Of a stretch of 57,358 bases of DNA, positions 1 to 9,125 are shown piece after piece. The notes beneath the pieces were generated by a model, which was given only the letters and a program-made list of their open reading frames with translations, was not told where the DNA came from and ran no database searches. Source of the DNA: an uncultured bacterium (GTDB taxonomy: Bacteria > Patescibacteriota > Minisyncoccia > Moranbacterales > GWC2-37-73); NCBI GenBank assembly GCA_903837175.1, contig CAILTR010000101.1, forward strand, positions 1 through 57,358, written 5' to 3'. Position numbers and translations under genes: made by a program. The first letter of the stretch is position 1; each line of letters begins with the position of its first letter.

Positions 1-59
1 ACATTCTCATTACTTAATAACTCCTTGATTTCCTCTTTTGTGAACATTTTTTTCTCCAT
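1..59 (-). CDS. Partial CDS running off the window edge (MEKKMFTKEEIKELLSNEN...), product unknown
   Basis: ATG at 59 (in-frame ATG at 47), open to position 1, just downstream of the pentapeptide gene. Too short to assign. Confidence 0.35.
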   Translation of the reverse strand, partial: MEKKMFTKEEIKELLSNEN

Positions 60-78
60 GTAGTTGTTTGTTAATTAA

Positions 79-648
79 TTACATTCTAGCAGATAACAAA
101 AAGTAGACACTTTCGTGTCTACTTTTTGGGGTACAGTTCATTGAAATACCTTTTTCTCCACCTCGCTCTAATAAAAAAACTTTTTTTGTAGTCCACGTGA
201 CATGCATATTACCAAGGGCTATATCCTGGATCTGTGCTTCATTGCCCGTCACCCCAAAGAGTAGAGCTTCATTAAGATTTGTTCCTTGAAGGTTTGCGTT
301 TGAAAAGGAGCTACCAGTAAAGATTGCGTTGCTTAAGTCCGCACCTGCTAAATTGGCGCCATTAAAATTGGCCAAAATAGTCGCCTTGAACAGAACCGCA
401 CTCCCGAACTGGGCACATTCGAAAGAGGCGTCGGTGGCGGTTATTTTCGCAAGGATTGCCTTATCGAATCTGGCAAAATTGCCATTAACCCCAGTGAAAT
501 TTGACTCGCAGAAATTTATTCCTGTTAAATCCTTGCTTGACAGATCAAATCCACGAAGATTTGTTTTTGATAAATCTACTTGAAGCTTTCTTTTGTTATT
601 CCACTTTTCAGATTTCAAATTATGAAGTAGCCAAAAATTTTTAAACAT
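79..648 (-). CDS. Pentapeptide repeat protein
   Basis: Tandem A(D/N)L/Fxx repeats (ANFNGANLAGADLSNAIFTGSSFSNANLQGTNL); GGAG SD upstream. Confidence 0.85.
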   Translation of the reverse strand: MFKNFWLLHNLKSEKWNNKRKLQVDLSKTNLRGFDLSSKDLTGINFCESNFTGVNGNFARFDKAILAKITATDASFECAQFGSAVLFKATILANFNGANLAGADLSNAIFTGSSFSNANLQGTNLNEALLFGVTGNEAQIQDIALGNMHVTWTTKKVFLLERGGEKGISMNCTPKSRHESVYFLLSARM

Positions 649-728
649 GGTAGTATCTCCATTTTTGTTAATAAAACTACTGTATTTATTACATATAGGC
701 TTAAAAAGTCAATAGTAAGTGGCGAAGG

Positions 729-757
729 TTGACATTTTGAGGCTTTCTTGCTATATT
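729..757 (+). promoter_or_regulatory. Sigma70-type promoter for typA
   Basis: TTGACA-17 nt-TATATT with TG upstream of the -10. Confidence 0.7.
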
Positions 758-816
758 TCAAAGGCTTTAGATGGTTTTGCTGCCCGGTGGCAGTTTTTTA
801 TTTATATTATGAATTT

Positions 817-886
817 TTATAAGGTTTGTTGGTTTATAAGAAATTACTTTATAAACTTTAAGAACTTTATAAACTTTACGAACTAA
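817..886. repeat. Degenerate 9-mer tandem/inverted array (CTTTATAAA-like) upstream of the typA start
   Basis: ctttataaa ctttaagaa ctttataaa ctttacgaa, preceded by inverted units; same family at 50903-51000. Confidence 0.65.
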
Positions 887-890
887 CACT

Positions 891-2678
891 ATGGAAATTC
901 GAAACATTGCAATCATCGCTCATGTGGATCATGGCAAAACAACTTTGACTGATGCGATTATGCGTCAAACTGGCATGGTGGAAGAAGGAGTTAGTATGGA
1001 TAATAACGCTCTAGAACAAGAGCGTGGAATTACGATTTATGCTAAAAATACTTCGATTGATTATCGCGGAACAAAAATTAATATCGTGGACACCCCAGGT
1101 CATGCTGATTTCGGCAGTGAAGTGGAACGCGTGCTTCGAAGTATTGATAGCGTGCTGTTAGTGGTGGACGCGCAAGAAGGACCAATGCCCCAAACGCGCT
1201 TTGTATTGAAAAAATCTTTGGAGTTAGGGCTTAAACCGATTGTGGTGATTAATAAAATAGATAAGCCAGCGGCTGATCCTGACTTGGTGCAAGAACAAGT
1301 GTATGAGCTTTTTATGGATTTGGGCGCTTCTGACGAGCAACTTGATTTTACGACCGTGTACGCCATTGGTCGTCAAGGAATTGCCAAAGAACATCTAAAG
1401 GATGAATCTGATAATTTGGAACCTTTGTTGGATATGATTTTACTGAAAGTTCATGCCGCTAAAGCTGACAAGGATGCCCAACTTCGCATGCAGCCATTTA
1501 ACCTAGGTTATGATAACTTCCTAGGGCGCTTAGCGGTGGGACGCATTCATGAAGGGACGATTAAAGCTGGGGCAACTTATGTGCTGAAGAAAACTGATGG
1601 CACGCTGGAGAAATCACGCGTCACCAAACTCTATAATTTCAAAGGCACAGTTCGTGAAGAAGTCGCGGAAGCTTACGCTGGAGATATTGTGATGGTGGCT
1701 GGTTTTCCAAAAATTGATATTGGAGAAACGATTTGCGAAAGCGAAGAGCAGGAGTCTTTGCCAGCTATTACGATTGATGAGCCAACCATTTCGCTGCGCT
1801 TTTTAGTTAATGATTCGCCGTTTGCGGGACGCGAAGGAAAGTTTGTAACTAGTAAACAAATCCGCGAGCGCTTAGAGAAGGAATTGGAAGTGAACGTGGG
1901 CCTTAAAATTGATTTTTCAACTTCAGAATATTATACCGTCTTTGGTCGCGGAGAACTGCACATTGCGGTACTTTTGGAAAATATGCGTCGCGAGGGATAT
2001 GAAATGCAAGTTTCGCAACCGCACGTGATTATTAAAGACGTGGATGGCGTTAAAAGTGAACCTTTTGAAGAAGTAACGGTGGATGTGCCAAGCGAGCTGG
2101 CTGGGACAATTATTGAAACGCTGGGAAAACGAAAAGGCATTATGTCAGATATGCATGTGCACGGTAGTCAAACTCGCCTTTTGTTTGAAGCACCAACCCG
2201 CGGAATGCTTGGTTATCGCGGACAGTTTGTCGTCGATACGAAAGGTGAAGGCATTATGTCTTCTCGGGTGGTAGGTTTCCGGCCTTACGTAGGGGATATT
2301 AAAAAACGCGAAGTTGGCTCCATGATTTCAAATGGAACTGGTAAAGCGCTCGGCTTTTCGCTGGCAAACCTGCAGGATCGAGGCGTGCTGTATATTCCAG
2401 CAGCAACTGAGGTGTATGAAGGTCAAGTCATTGGAAACGTCTCTAAGGGCGAGGAAATGACCGTCAACCCCCTCAAGGGAAAACAACTGACGAACATGCG
2501 TTCTTCGGGAACAGATGATGCAATTCATTTAGTCCCACCGTTTGTGCTCTCAATTGAACGCGGGCTGGAAATTATCAATGATGACGAATATCTGGAAGTT
2601 ACTCCGCATTCTGTGCGTCTGCGCAAACAATTCTTAAAAGAAGGTGATCGCACGAAAGCTGGAAGGAAGGGGAAATAA
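891..2678 (+). CDS. typA: Translational GTPase TypA/BipA
   Basis: IRNIAIIAHVDHGKTT, DTPGHADF, NKID, GRGELH and C-terminal EVTP..VRLRK. Confidence 0.98.
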   Translation: MEIRNIAIIAHVDHGKTTLTDAIMRQTGMVEEGVSMDNNALEQERGITIYAKNTSIDYRGTKINIVDTPGHADFGSEVERVLRSIDSVLLVVDAQEGPMPQTRFVLKKSLELGLKPIVVINKIDKPAADPDLVQEQVYELFMDLGASDEQLDFTTVYAIGRQGIAKEHLKDESDNLEPLLDMILLKVHAAKADKDAQLRMQPFNLGYDNFLGRLAVGRIHEGTIKAGATYVLKKTDGTLEKSRVTKLYNFKGTVREEVAEAYAGDIVMVAGFPKIDIGETICESEEQESLPAITIDEPTISLRFLVNDSPFAGREGKFVTSKQIRERLEKELEVNVGLKIDFSTSEYYTVFGRGELHIAVLLENMRREGYEMQVSQPHVIIKDVDGVKSEPFEEVTVDVPSELAGTIIETLGKRKGIMSDMHVHGSQTRLLFEAPTRGMLGYRGQFVVDTKGEGIMSSRVVGFRPYVGDIKKREVGSMISNGTGKALGFSLANLQDRGVLYIPAATEVYEGQVIGNVSKGEEMTVNPLKGKQLTNMRSSGTDDAIHLVPPFVLSIERGLEIINDDEYLEVTPHSVRLRKQFLKEGDRTKAGRKGK

Positions 2679-2680
2679 TA

Positions 2681-2762
2681 AACATTGAACATAGAACATG
2701 GAGCATGGAGCATGGAACATGGAGCATAAATGCCTAATGCCTAATGCCTAATGCCTAATGCC
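2681..2762. repeat. Heptamer tandem arrays (A(A/G)CATGG, then AATGCCT)
   Basis: Direct 7-nt periodicity starting right after the typA stop. Confidence 0.9.
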
Positions 2763-2853
2763 AAATTTCCAACTCGCCTCGATTCGAAATGTTTTTCTCA
2801 CCAATTCGAAGCGGGTGTCTAATAAAATCTAAAATTTAAAAGCTCACTATAAC

Positions 2854-2887
2854 AAAAAAATCCCGATGAAAGTCGGGATTTTTTTTG
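2854..2887. terminator. Bidirectional intrinsic terminator
   Basis: A7-TCCCGA-loop-TCGGGA-T9 between convergent genes. Confidence 0.85.
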
Positions 2888-3051
2888 TTGATTAAAAATA
2901 AGCTAAAGCACTTTACCAAGAATTGAAATTTTTTGGTTTTTTCTAATTATGCCGAAACTATGCGATCGTCGAGTTTTGGCATAATCTCTTTTGAATTTTT
3001 TTATTGGGAGGTTTTGAATTTAAGGGTTACGTAATGAGCTACGCAATAAAA

Positions 3052-3450
3052 TTAATTCGAAAGGTCGCGGATAGTTCTGGCGGCAAGGGTGTTGTCAGTT
3101 AGAATGCCGTGAATAACGATTTTATCACCAGGCTGGAGAGCAGAGAACTCAATATTCTGCCAAGTCTTATTAAAGAGGCGAGTTGCTTTGGTCGTGGTTA
3201 CAGTGAAGTCTTTACTGCTATAAGAGATAGTTAAGGAGTCAGTTGAAACAGAGCTAATAATGCCCGTTAGGCCTTTGCGGTGACGCTGAACCCCATTATT
3301 TTTAGGGAGCGTTTTCCCTTTTAAATTACGCTCATGGCGAAAATTTTGTCTTTCGAGCGTGTTGGCACTGGCGTCTAGGGCCATGCCGGAGGTTCCCAAC
3401 ATAAGAGCCATCCCACTGATTGCAATGGCATTGCGCATTTTATTTTTCAT
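3052..3450 (-). CDS. Secreted protein, DUF5666/OB-fold-like
   Basis: Signal peptide, then G.I.SVS..SLTI...LQPGDKIVIHG....TLAA..I pattern. Confidence 0.65.
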   Translation of the reverse strand: MKNKMRNAIAISGMALMLGTSGMALDASANTLERQNFRHERNLKGKTLPKNNGVQRHRKGLTGIISSVSTDSLTISYSSKDFTVTTTKATRLFNKTWQNIEFSALQPGDKIVIHGILTDNTLAARTIRDLSN

Positions 3451-3571
3451 ATTTTCCTTATTTAAAAATTAACTGAATCAGGCGATGATTCATATTTTCT
3501 TATACGCAGGTAAAAAAGATTTCTTTTTGGTTGCCGTAGCTTGCTGGTTGTAGTAGAATTTGATTACGCTT

Positions 3572-4189
3572 ATGTTTAATTTTCAACATCATCTACAAGA
3601 TTTTGGCCCCGTGGTACACTTTATTAGAAGTGGCTCTTATTTTGGAATTTTTTTCTTAGCGATTATTGCCAGTTATGTTTTTCCGATTCCAGAAGCAGTT
3701 TTTTTACTATTGGTTGGTTACGTCGCGAAGGTAACGAGAATGAATATTTTAACCGTGGTCATATTGGCTACGGGCGGGATAATCATTGGAGATAATTTGC
3801 TGTATTGGCTTAGCTACTTTGGGAATAAATATGTAGAGAAATTTAATCATAAAATGCGTAAATATGAGCTGATTAAATATGAGCATCTAGTTACAGACAA
3901 TGTGGCTTGGTCAATTTATTTCTTAAAATTTATAGCGGGAGTACGTTTTTTAAATCCCGTTTTGCTTGGGTCGCTACGCGCATCCTGGAAAAAATTTTTT
4001 CTTCATAACGCGATTGCCTCAATTTTGCATACAGCTGGCCTAGTTCTTTTGGGCTATTATTTGCATAAAAAAATAATCCCAGTTGTCACTGGGATTGAGA
4101 TTTTAAAAAATATAATGCTTTTCTTTTCGGCTGTGATTGCCGGTTTGTTGGTTGCTGCTTTTAGAAAGAAGGTAAAAAACCAGTTTTAA
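3572..4189 (+). CDS. DedA/VTT-family membrane protein
   Basis: FPIPEA, IGDNLLYWL, KFIAGVRF motifs. ATG 3572 preferred over TTG 3560. Confidence 0.85.
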   Translation: MFNFQHHLQDFGPVVHFIRSGSYFGIFFLAIIASYVFPIPEAVFLLLVGYVAKVTRMNILTVVILATGGIIIGDNLLYWLSYFGNKYVEKFNHKMRKYELIKYEHLVTDNVAWSIYFLKFIAGVRFLNPVLLGSLRASWKKFFLHNAIASILHTAGLVLLGYYLHKKIIPVVTGIEILKNIMLFFSAVIAGLLVAAFRKKVKNQF

Positions 4190-4890
4190 AAATATTTCTT
4201 TATTTTTTCAAAGTCTTCCGTAAGTTCTGGATGGCAAACTATCTCGATAGTTCCCTCTGGGAGGTTCTTAAAAAAAGTCTTAAAATCAGTAATCCAATCT
4301 AGGCTAATAAGTGATCCAGAAGAAATACAGCCATGTTTGAGGCAGGCTTTTAGATTGACTTTTCTTAAAAAATGAAGAATATAGGCGACAAGTTTATGGT
4401 GGAGCGTGAAAACACTATCGCCAAAACGAATGTAAGGGATTTGGTACTTGGCTTGCATCTTTAGCGCAACTTTAAAAAAGGGCGGAAAGAGATGAACATG
4501 TTCGTGAGAGTTTAGTCCATCTGGATTTCTTTCGAAAAGTTTGCGAAAGGCTTCAATTTGATTTTCCCAATCAAGCGTAACTTTCTTAGTAGTTAATTTC
4601 CCCGTAAGAAGTTTTAAAAGAAATTCCAAGCCTCTTTTAATGGAACCGGAATTTCTATTTTGGCTCTCTTCAAATTTATGTAAGATGTCAAGGTGAATAT
4701 CTAGTTTAACCCGACTTTTGGCTAGTTGCTGAAGATCCGTTGCGGAAATTTGCCCCAACGGCATAACTGCAACGCGGTCTATTTTTCCAAGTTCAACTAG
4801 ATATAAAATATTACGGTTTGCCCCAGAGTTGAGGCCAAAATCATCAGCCGTAATGATAAACTTGTCTCGATTTATTTCAAATGAATCCAT
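4186..4890 (-). CDS. ChbG/YdjC/HpnK-family carbohydrate deacetylase
   Basis: IITADDFG, NSHEHVH, EIVCHP motifs. Confidence 0.88.
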   Translation of the reverse strand: MDSFEINRDKFIITADDFGLNSGANRNILYLVELGKIDRVAVMPLGQISATDLQQLAKSRVKLDIHLDILHKFEESQNRNSGSIKRGLEFLLKLLTGKLTTKKVTLDWENQIEAFRKLFERNPDGLNSHEHVHLFPPFFKVALKMQAKYQIPYIRFGDSVFTLHHKLVAYILHFLRKVNLKACLKHGCISSGSLISLDWITDFKTFFKNLPEGTIEIVCHPELTEDFEKIKKYF

Positions 4891-5021
4891 AAGGGTTGTT
4901 TAAAATGAGTTTGAATTAAATTCTTCACATGCTATAATTTTAGCAAGCTGGTTGTATTAAAGCAATAAGCTGGACTAATTTTCGTTTCAAAATAGCTAAT
5001 TATTAGGAGAATAAGAAACCT

Positions 5022-6089
5022 ATGCAATCAAGAGATTATAACTATAACGTGTATTTTTTCTTTGTCGTTTTATTTGGGGTAAGTATCGTCGCTTACTTTA
5101 TTTTTCAACCTTTTTTCTTTGCAATTATTTTGGCTGGTGTGCTAGCTGGAGCTTTGCAGCGACCGTATAATTTTCTGGTGGAAAAAACTGGAGGACGTAA
5201 GCATTTAAGTTCGTTGCTGATTTCTTCACTCGGCATAATTATTTTTTTTGCAATTGCGGGTGGGGTTATTGGAGTGGTAGCTAAAGAGACAACTTATTTG
5301 TATCAAAGTGTTATTTCGGGTGGTAGTATTTATCAGAAATACGCTGAGCCAACAATTAACTATATAAATCAAAATCAATTCCTCCTGTCGTTAGGCTTGG
5401 AAAATGTTATCAATAAAAACACCATCGGTAACATTAGTTCGCAAGCTGGGCAGGCCGTGCTAGTGCTAGTTCAAAGAACTTACCAAGGTATCGCCGATAC
5501 AACCTTTCTTTCAATTGTAATTTTCTTTACGTTGTACTATTTCTTAATCGAGGGAAAGAGTTTAGTTTCAAAGATTATTTATCTTATCCCGCTTAAAAAT
5601 TCGCATAAAAAAATCTTAATTAAAAAATTTACCTCAATTACTAGGGCAACAGCCAGGGGGGCATTGATAATTGCGTTTATCCAGGGCTCAATTGGAATGC
5701 TACTGTTTTTAGCTTTAGGTATTCCATCTGCTTTTATTTTAGGAGTCTTTATGATGTTTTGCGCCCTAATCCCAATGTTTGGTTCTGGATTGATTTGGTT
5801 TCCAGTTGCAGTAGTAATGTTTTTAACTGGTAATGTCTGGCAGGGTTGGGTTGTATTGGGCGTTGGCGGTGGGTTAATTTCAACGATTGATAATTTCTTG
5901 CGACCCAAATTGGTTGGTAAAGAGACGCAGATGCATCCTCTGATTGTTTTCTTCGCTACTTTGGGCGGGATTGGGATTTTTGGTTTTCTGGGGCTACTGA
6001 TCGGGCCGATAATTGTCGCGCTGTTTCTTTCACTTTGGGATATTTACGCCGAAGAGTTTAAAGGACAACTCGAGAAATACAACACATAA
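5022..6089 (+). CDS. AI-2E family transporter
   Basis: Polytopic; IDNFLRPKLVG...MHPLIVFFATLGG...GPII motif. Confidence 0.92.
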   Translation: MQSRDYNYNVYFFFVVLFGVSIVAYFIFQPFFFAIILAGVLAGALQRPYNFLVEKTGGRKHLSSLLISSLGIIIFFAIAGGVIGVVAKETTYLYQSVISGGSIYQKYAEPTINYINQNQFLLSLGLENVINKNTIGNISSQAGQAVLVLVQRTYQGIADTTFLSIVIFFTLYYFLIEGKSLVSKIIYLIPLKNSHKKILIKKFTSITRATARGALIIAFIQGSIGMLLFLALGIPSAFILGVFMMFCALIPMFGSGLIWFPVAVVMFLTGNVWQGWVVLGVGGGLISTIDNFLRPKLVGKETQMHPLIVFFATLGGIGIFGFLGLLIGPIIVALFLSLWDIYAEEFKGQLEKYNT

Positions 6090-6150
6090 CACATAACACA
6101 TAGCACATAGCACAAAACATAAAGCATGGAGCATAGAAGATAGAACACAT
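6081..6150. repeat. Heptamer tandem array (A(A/G)CACAT / AGCATGG)
   Basis: 7-nt periodicity overlapping the AI-2E stop; interrupted by MITE-like copy 1 and resuming as CATAATG at 6339. Confidence 0.85.
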
Positions 6151-6155
6151 GATAC

Positions 6156-6338
6156 GGGTCATACGCAATATAGAGCTTGCGGAAATTAAGTTAGCAATTT
6201 TTACTTCCCTTGTTTGCTTTTGGGAGCACGCTTCTTGGTCAGGAGTTATGACCAATCGCTCAGTACTCGCTGTCGCTCATAAGCCTCCCAAAAGCAAACA
6301 AGCTCGTAAAAATTAGAACCATAAATTGCGCTTGACCC
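6156..6338. mobile_element. MITE-like structured repeat, copy 1 of 4
   Basis: TIRs GGGTCATACGCAAT / ATTGCGCTTGACCC (12/14); internal AATTTTTAC..CTTGTTTGCTTTTGGGA / TCCCAAAAGCAAACAAG..GTAAAAATT stem. Confidence 0.75.
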
Positions 6339-6356
6339 CATAATGCATAATACATA

Positions 6357-7316
6357 ATGACCCTCGATTTTTATCAACAGCTTCCTCAAGTAATTAATCC
6401 CGTCGCTTTTACGATAGGATTTTTGGCTGTGCGGTGGTACTCCCTGATGTATTTGGTGGGTCTTGCAACAGTTTGGTTTTTGCTGAAGTGGCGAATAGAA
6501 AAAGGGGAAGTAGCTGAAAAATTTCAAATTTCAAACCTGCCTGCCGGTAGGCAAGGTTTCAAATTTCAAATTTCAGAAAAAAAGGGAAAGCTGGAAAACA
6601 AAAGTTGTCAAAATAGTCGTAAACTACAACTGCAGAATATAATTCTGGATTTTCTTTTGGTGGCCTTTTTTGCTGGGCTGGTGGGCGGACGGCTTGGCTA
6701 CGTTATTTTTTATAACTGGGCTTATTTTTCGCTGCATCCTTGGCAAATTATTTCGCCTTTTGATTTTGCTGGGGGTAGTTTTGTTGGCTTATATGGAATG
6801 AGTTATCACGGGGCTTTGTTTGGTGGCATTATGGGGATGTTTTTGCTAGCAAGGGCACGAAAAATTGATTTCTTAAAATGGGCTGATTTTATTGTACCGG
6901 CCCTGCCAGCGGGATACTTTTTTGGTAGAATTGGAAATTTTCTTAATGGCGAATTATTCGGCCGGGTGACAACTTCAAAAATCGGAATGTATTTTCCAGC
7001 TAGTCCAGGTGTCCTGCGTTACCCTTCCCAAATCTTAGAGGCTTGTCTAGAAGGACTTTTATTGTTTGGGATTCTTTGGCAATTAAGAAACCAAGAAAAG
7101 CTTAAAGCTGGTTCCTTGCTAGCTCTTTATTTACTCGGCTATGGCGCCGTTCGTTTTATCGGCGAGTTTCTTCGGCAGCCAGATCCCCAGTTAGGATTTG
7201 TCTTTTTAAATTTTACGCTGGGACAACTGCTTTCGGTTGCCTTAATTTCCATAGGTTGCGGTTTGCTCTTTTTTAAAAATCAAAGAAGTGCTATAATAAA
7301 AAGTGCAATTAACTAG
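6357..7316 (+). CDS. lgt: Prolipoprotein diacylglyceryl transferase, with a repeat-derived in-frame insertion
   Basis: VRWYSLMY, GGRLGYV, GMSYHG, GRIGNFLNGELFGR, RYPSQ, RFIGEFLR motifs. Confidence 0.96.
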   Translation: MTLDFYQQLPQVINPVAFTIGFLAVRWYSLMYLVGLATVWFLLKWRIEKGEVAEKFQISNLPAGRQGFKFQISEKKGKLENKSCQNSRKLQLQNIILDFLLVAFFAGLVGGRLGYVIFYNWAYFSLHPWQIISPFDFAGGSFVGLYGMSYHGALFGGIMGMFLLARARKIDFLKWADFIVPALPAGYFFGRIGNFLNGELFGRVTTSKIGMYFPASPGVLRYPSQILEACLEGLLLFGILWQLRNQEKLKAGSLLALYLLGYGAVRFIGEFLRQPDPQLGFVFLNFTLGQLLSVALISIGCGLLFFKNQRSAIIKSAIN

Positions 7317-7412
7317 TAGGATTGTTAAGTTACTAAAAGTTAAATTAAGTGCTTTGCAACTTAGTCGACAGACCCGTAAAAATCCTAGCCTTTTAATCGC
7401 TAAGCTCTGCCA

Positions 7413-8480
7413 ATGAATACAAAAATAAAAACACTGCGTTGTTTGGATATAAAATCCAGAACCAACATCTATAGCGCGCATATTTCAGAAGGTAGTCCAA
7501 GCTTGAAAGAAAGCGAGACTATTCTTTATTCGCGTGGGAAAAAAATTCGGACTTTTTTTACGGAAGATTCAAAACTTTACATTACGCCTAAAGAAGCCAA
7601 GTTAATTAGGTGTGGAGTTAAATTAGAGCGACGAATTGGTCAATGGGATAATCTGCAGTCGCGAATTGTACGAAACTTTATTAAATATCGACCAAGCCCA
7701 ACAAGCTACTTGCTGGAACTTTTAGATAAAAAGCTGGTCTTGATTCAGGAGCAAGCCAAAGAAGCCTCGGAAAATTTGTGGGGACAATTTTCACTGGTAC
7801 GACTCTGGAACCTTTCTATTGTGGGTTCAATTTTATTTGGAATAGTCACAATGACTTTTGTGTATAAATATCTTGGACAAGGGGTAGCAGCTTCTGACCA
7901 ATTTCAGCAAGCAGTGGCGCAAGTACAAGCGCTTGATTTACCGTCGAAGGTGGCAAGCTCAGGAGCCAGCGCTGACGATGATGGCCTAGAGAACATTGAT
8001 TTAAAAGATCCGTTATTTTTAAATCAATTAGCGGAAATAAAAAAAACTAGCGATAGCGCTACGTTGGAAAAAGAAATCTATACAATGGTAAAGGGATATC
8101 CAATTGAAAAAATGGTGCCTTATATTGCTAAGCAAGATAGAACGGTCGCGGCTTTTATGGTTGCGATTGCTAAGAAAGAAAGTAATTGGGGTAGGCGGGT
8201 GCCACTACGGGATGGCGAAGATTGTTATAATTATGTTGGATATCGAGGCCAGCGAGAGCGGATGGGGACAGGCGGGCACACTTGCTTTAATAGCCCTGAA
8301 GATGCCGTCAATACTATTGCCAAAAGAATTGCGACCCTGGTTGAGGAAAATGATAGAGATACAGCAGCTAAAATGGTCGTTTGGAAATGCGGGAGTAGTT
8401 GCGCCGCTACCGGCGGACAAGAGGCTGCAAATAAATGGATTAGCGACGTGGATATGTATTTCCAGCAGCTTAAAACTTAG
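7413..8480 (+). CDS. Membrane-anchored protein with lysozyme-like (GH73/glucosaminidase-like) C-terminal domain, paralog A
   Basis: One TM helix; AIAKKESNWG..CYNYVG resembles the A..ES.WG...N.FG catalytic core. Function is inferred. Confidence 0.55.
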   Translation: MNTKIKTLRCLDIKSRTNIYSAHISEGSPSLKESETILYSRGKKIRTFFTEDSKLYITPKEAKLIRCGVKLERRIGQWDNLQSRIVRNFIKYRPSPTSYLLELLDKKLVLIQEQAKEASENLWGQFSLVRLWNLSIVGSILFGIVTMTFVYKYLGQGVAASDQFQQAVAQVQALDLPSKVASSGASADDDGLENIDLKDPLFLNQLAEIKKTSDSATLEKEIYTMVKGYPIEKMVPYIAKQDRTVAAFMVAIAKKESNWGRRVPLRDGEDCYNYVGYRGQRERMGTGGHTCFNSPEDAVNTIAKRIATLVEENDRDTAAKMVVWKCGSSCAATGGQEAANKWISDVDMYFQQLKT

Positions 8481-8543
8481 CGGTCTAGAATTATAGTTCA
8501 AACTTAGTTGGCTTTTAAAAATTTAATATTTTTTCGCCAAACA

Positions 8544-8577
8544 AAAAACTCTCAAGCGTAAAGCTAGAGAGTTTTTT
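8544..8577. terminator. Bidirectional terminator
   Basis: AAAAAACTCTC...GAGAGTTTTTT between convergent genes. Confidence 0.7.
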
Positions 8578-8595
8578 GAAAAGCAGGTGCTAAGA

Positions 8596-8793
8596 TTACG
8601 CTAGGGTAACATTAACAGCGTTCAAGCCTTTTGGAGATTCTTCTGATTCGAAAGAAACATTGTCTCCTTCTTGCAGTTGATCAAATGAAACACCAACTAA
8701 AGAATTGCTGTGGAAAAATAAGTCTTTTCCCAATTCTGGAGAGGTGATAAAGCCGAAGCCTTTGTCAGTTTTCTTTTTGATTACACCATTCAT
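8596..8793 (-). CDS. Cold-shock domain protein (CspA family)
   Basis: KGFGFI (RNP1), LFFH (RNP2), KGLNAVNV. Confidence 0.95.
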   Translation of the reverse strand: MNGVIKKKTDKGFGFITSPELGKDLFFHSNSLVGVSFDQLQEGDNVSFESEESPKGLNAVNVTLA

Positions 8794-9125
8794 AGTTTTG
8801 AAGTGATATTTAGGTTTGTAAAATTTGAAATTATGCGGGGCTCGACGATTTTTCCAACAATATTTTCACATTGCAAGTTTAGCACGTAAATCAGAAAAAG
8901 TCAACCAAGCAAGCTCTAAAGTCGGGTTAATTAGTTTATCTTGCTTTAGTTGAGCCAATAAGTTAAAAATAGTGCAGCCTCAAAGTAGTTAATTGTCAAA
9001 GGGTAAAGTTAAGATTTTTAGGGTGGGTAGCCTTTACAAATAGCCATTTTTAAGTTAGGATAAAAACTGCGAGTTAAAAAAGTCTCCCAGTTTAGTAGCA
9101 TATAATTTTTAGTTTTTAAGAAAAT

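Noticed and set aside
2772..2816. Imperfect ACTCGCCTCGA/TCGAAGCGGGT inverted repeat
   Set aside because: Single degenerate copy (9/11); possibly a REP remnant but not supportable.
6148..6346. 8-bp target-site duplication around MITE-like copy 1 (CATGATAC / CATAATGC)
   Set aside because: Only 6/8 identical, explainable by the surrounding heptamer array, and not seen at other copies.
6058..6527. Minus-strand ORFs 6058..6255 and 6246..6527
   Set aside because: Made of repeat/MITE sequence and antisense overlap with AI-2E and lgt.
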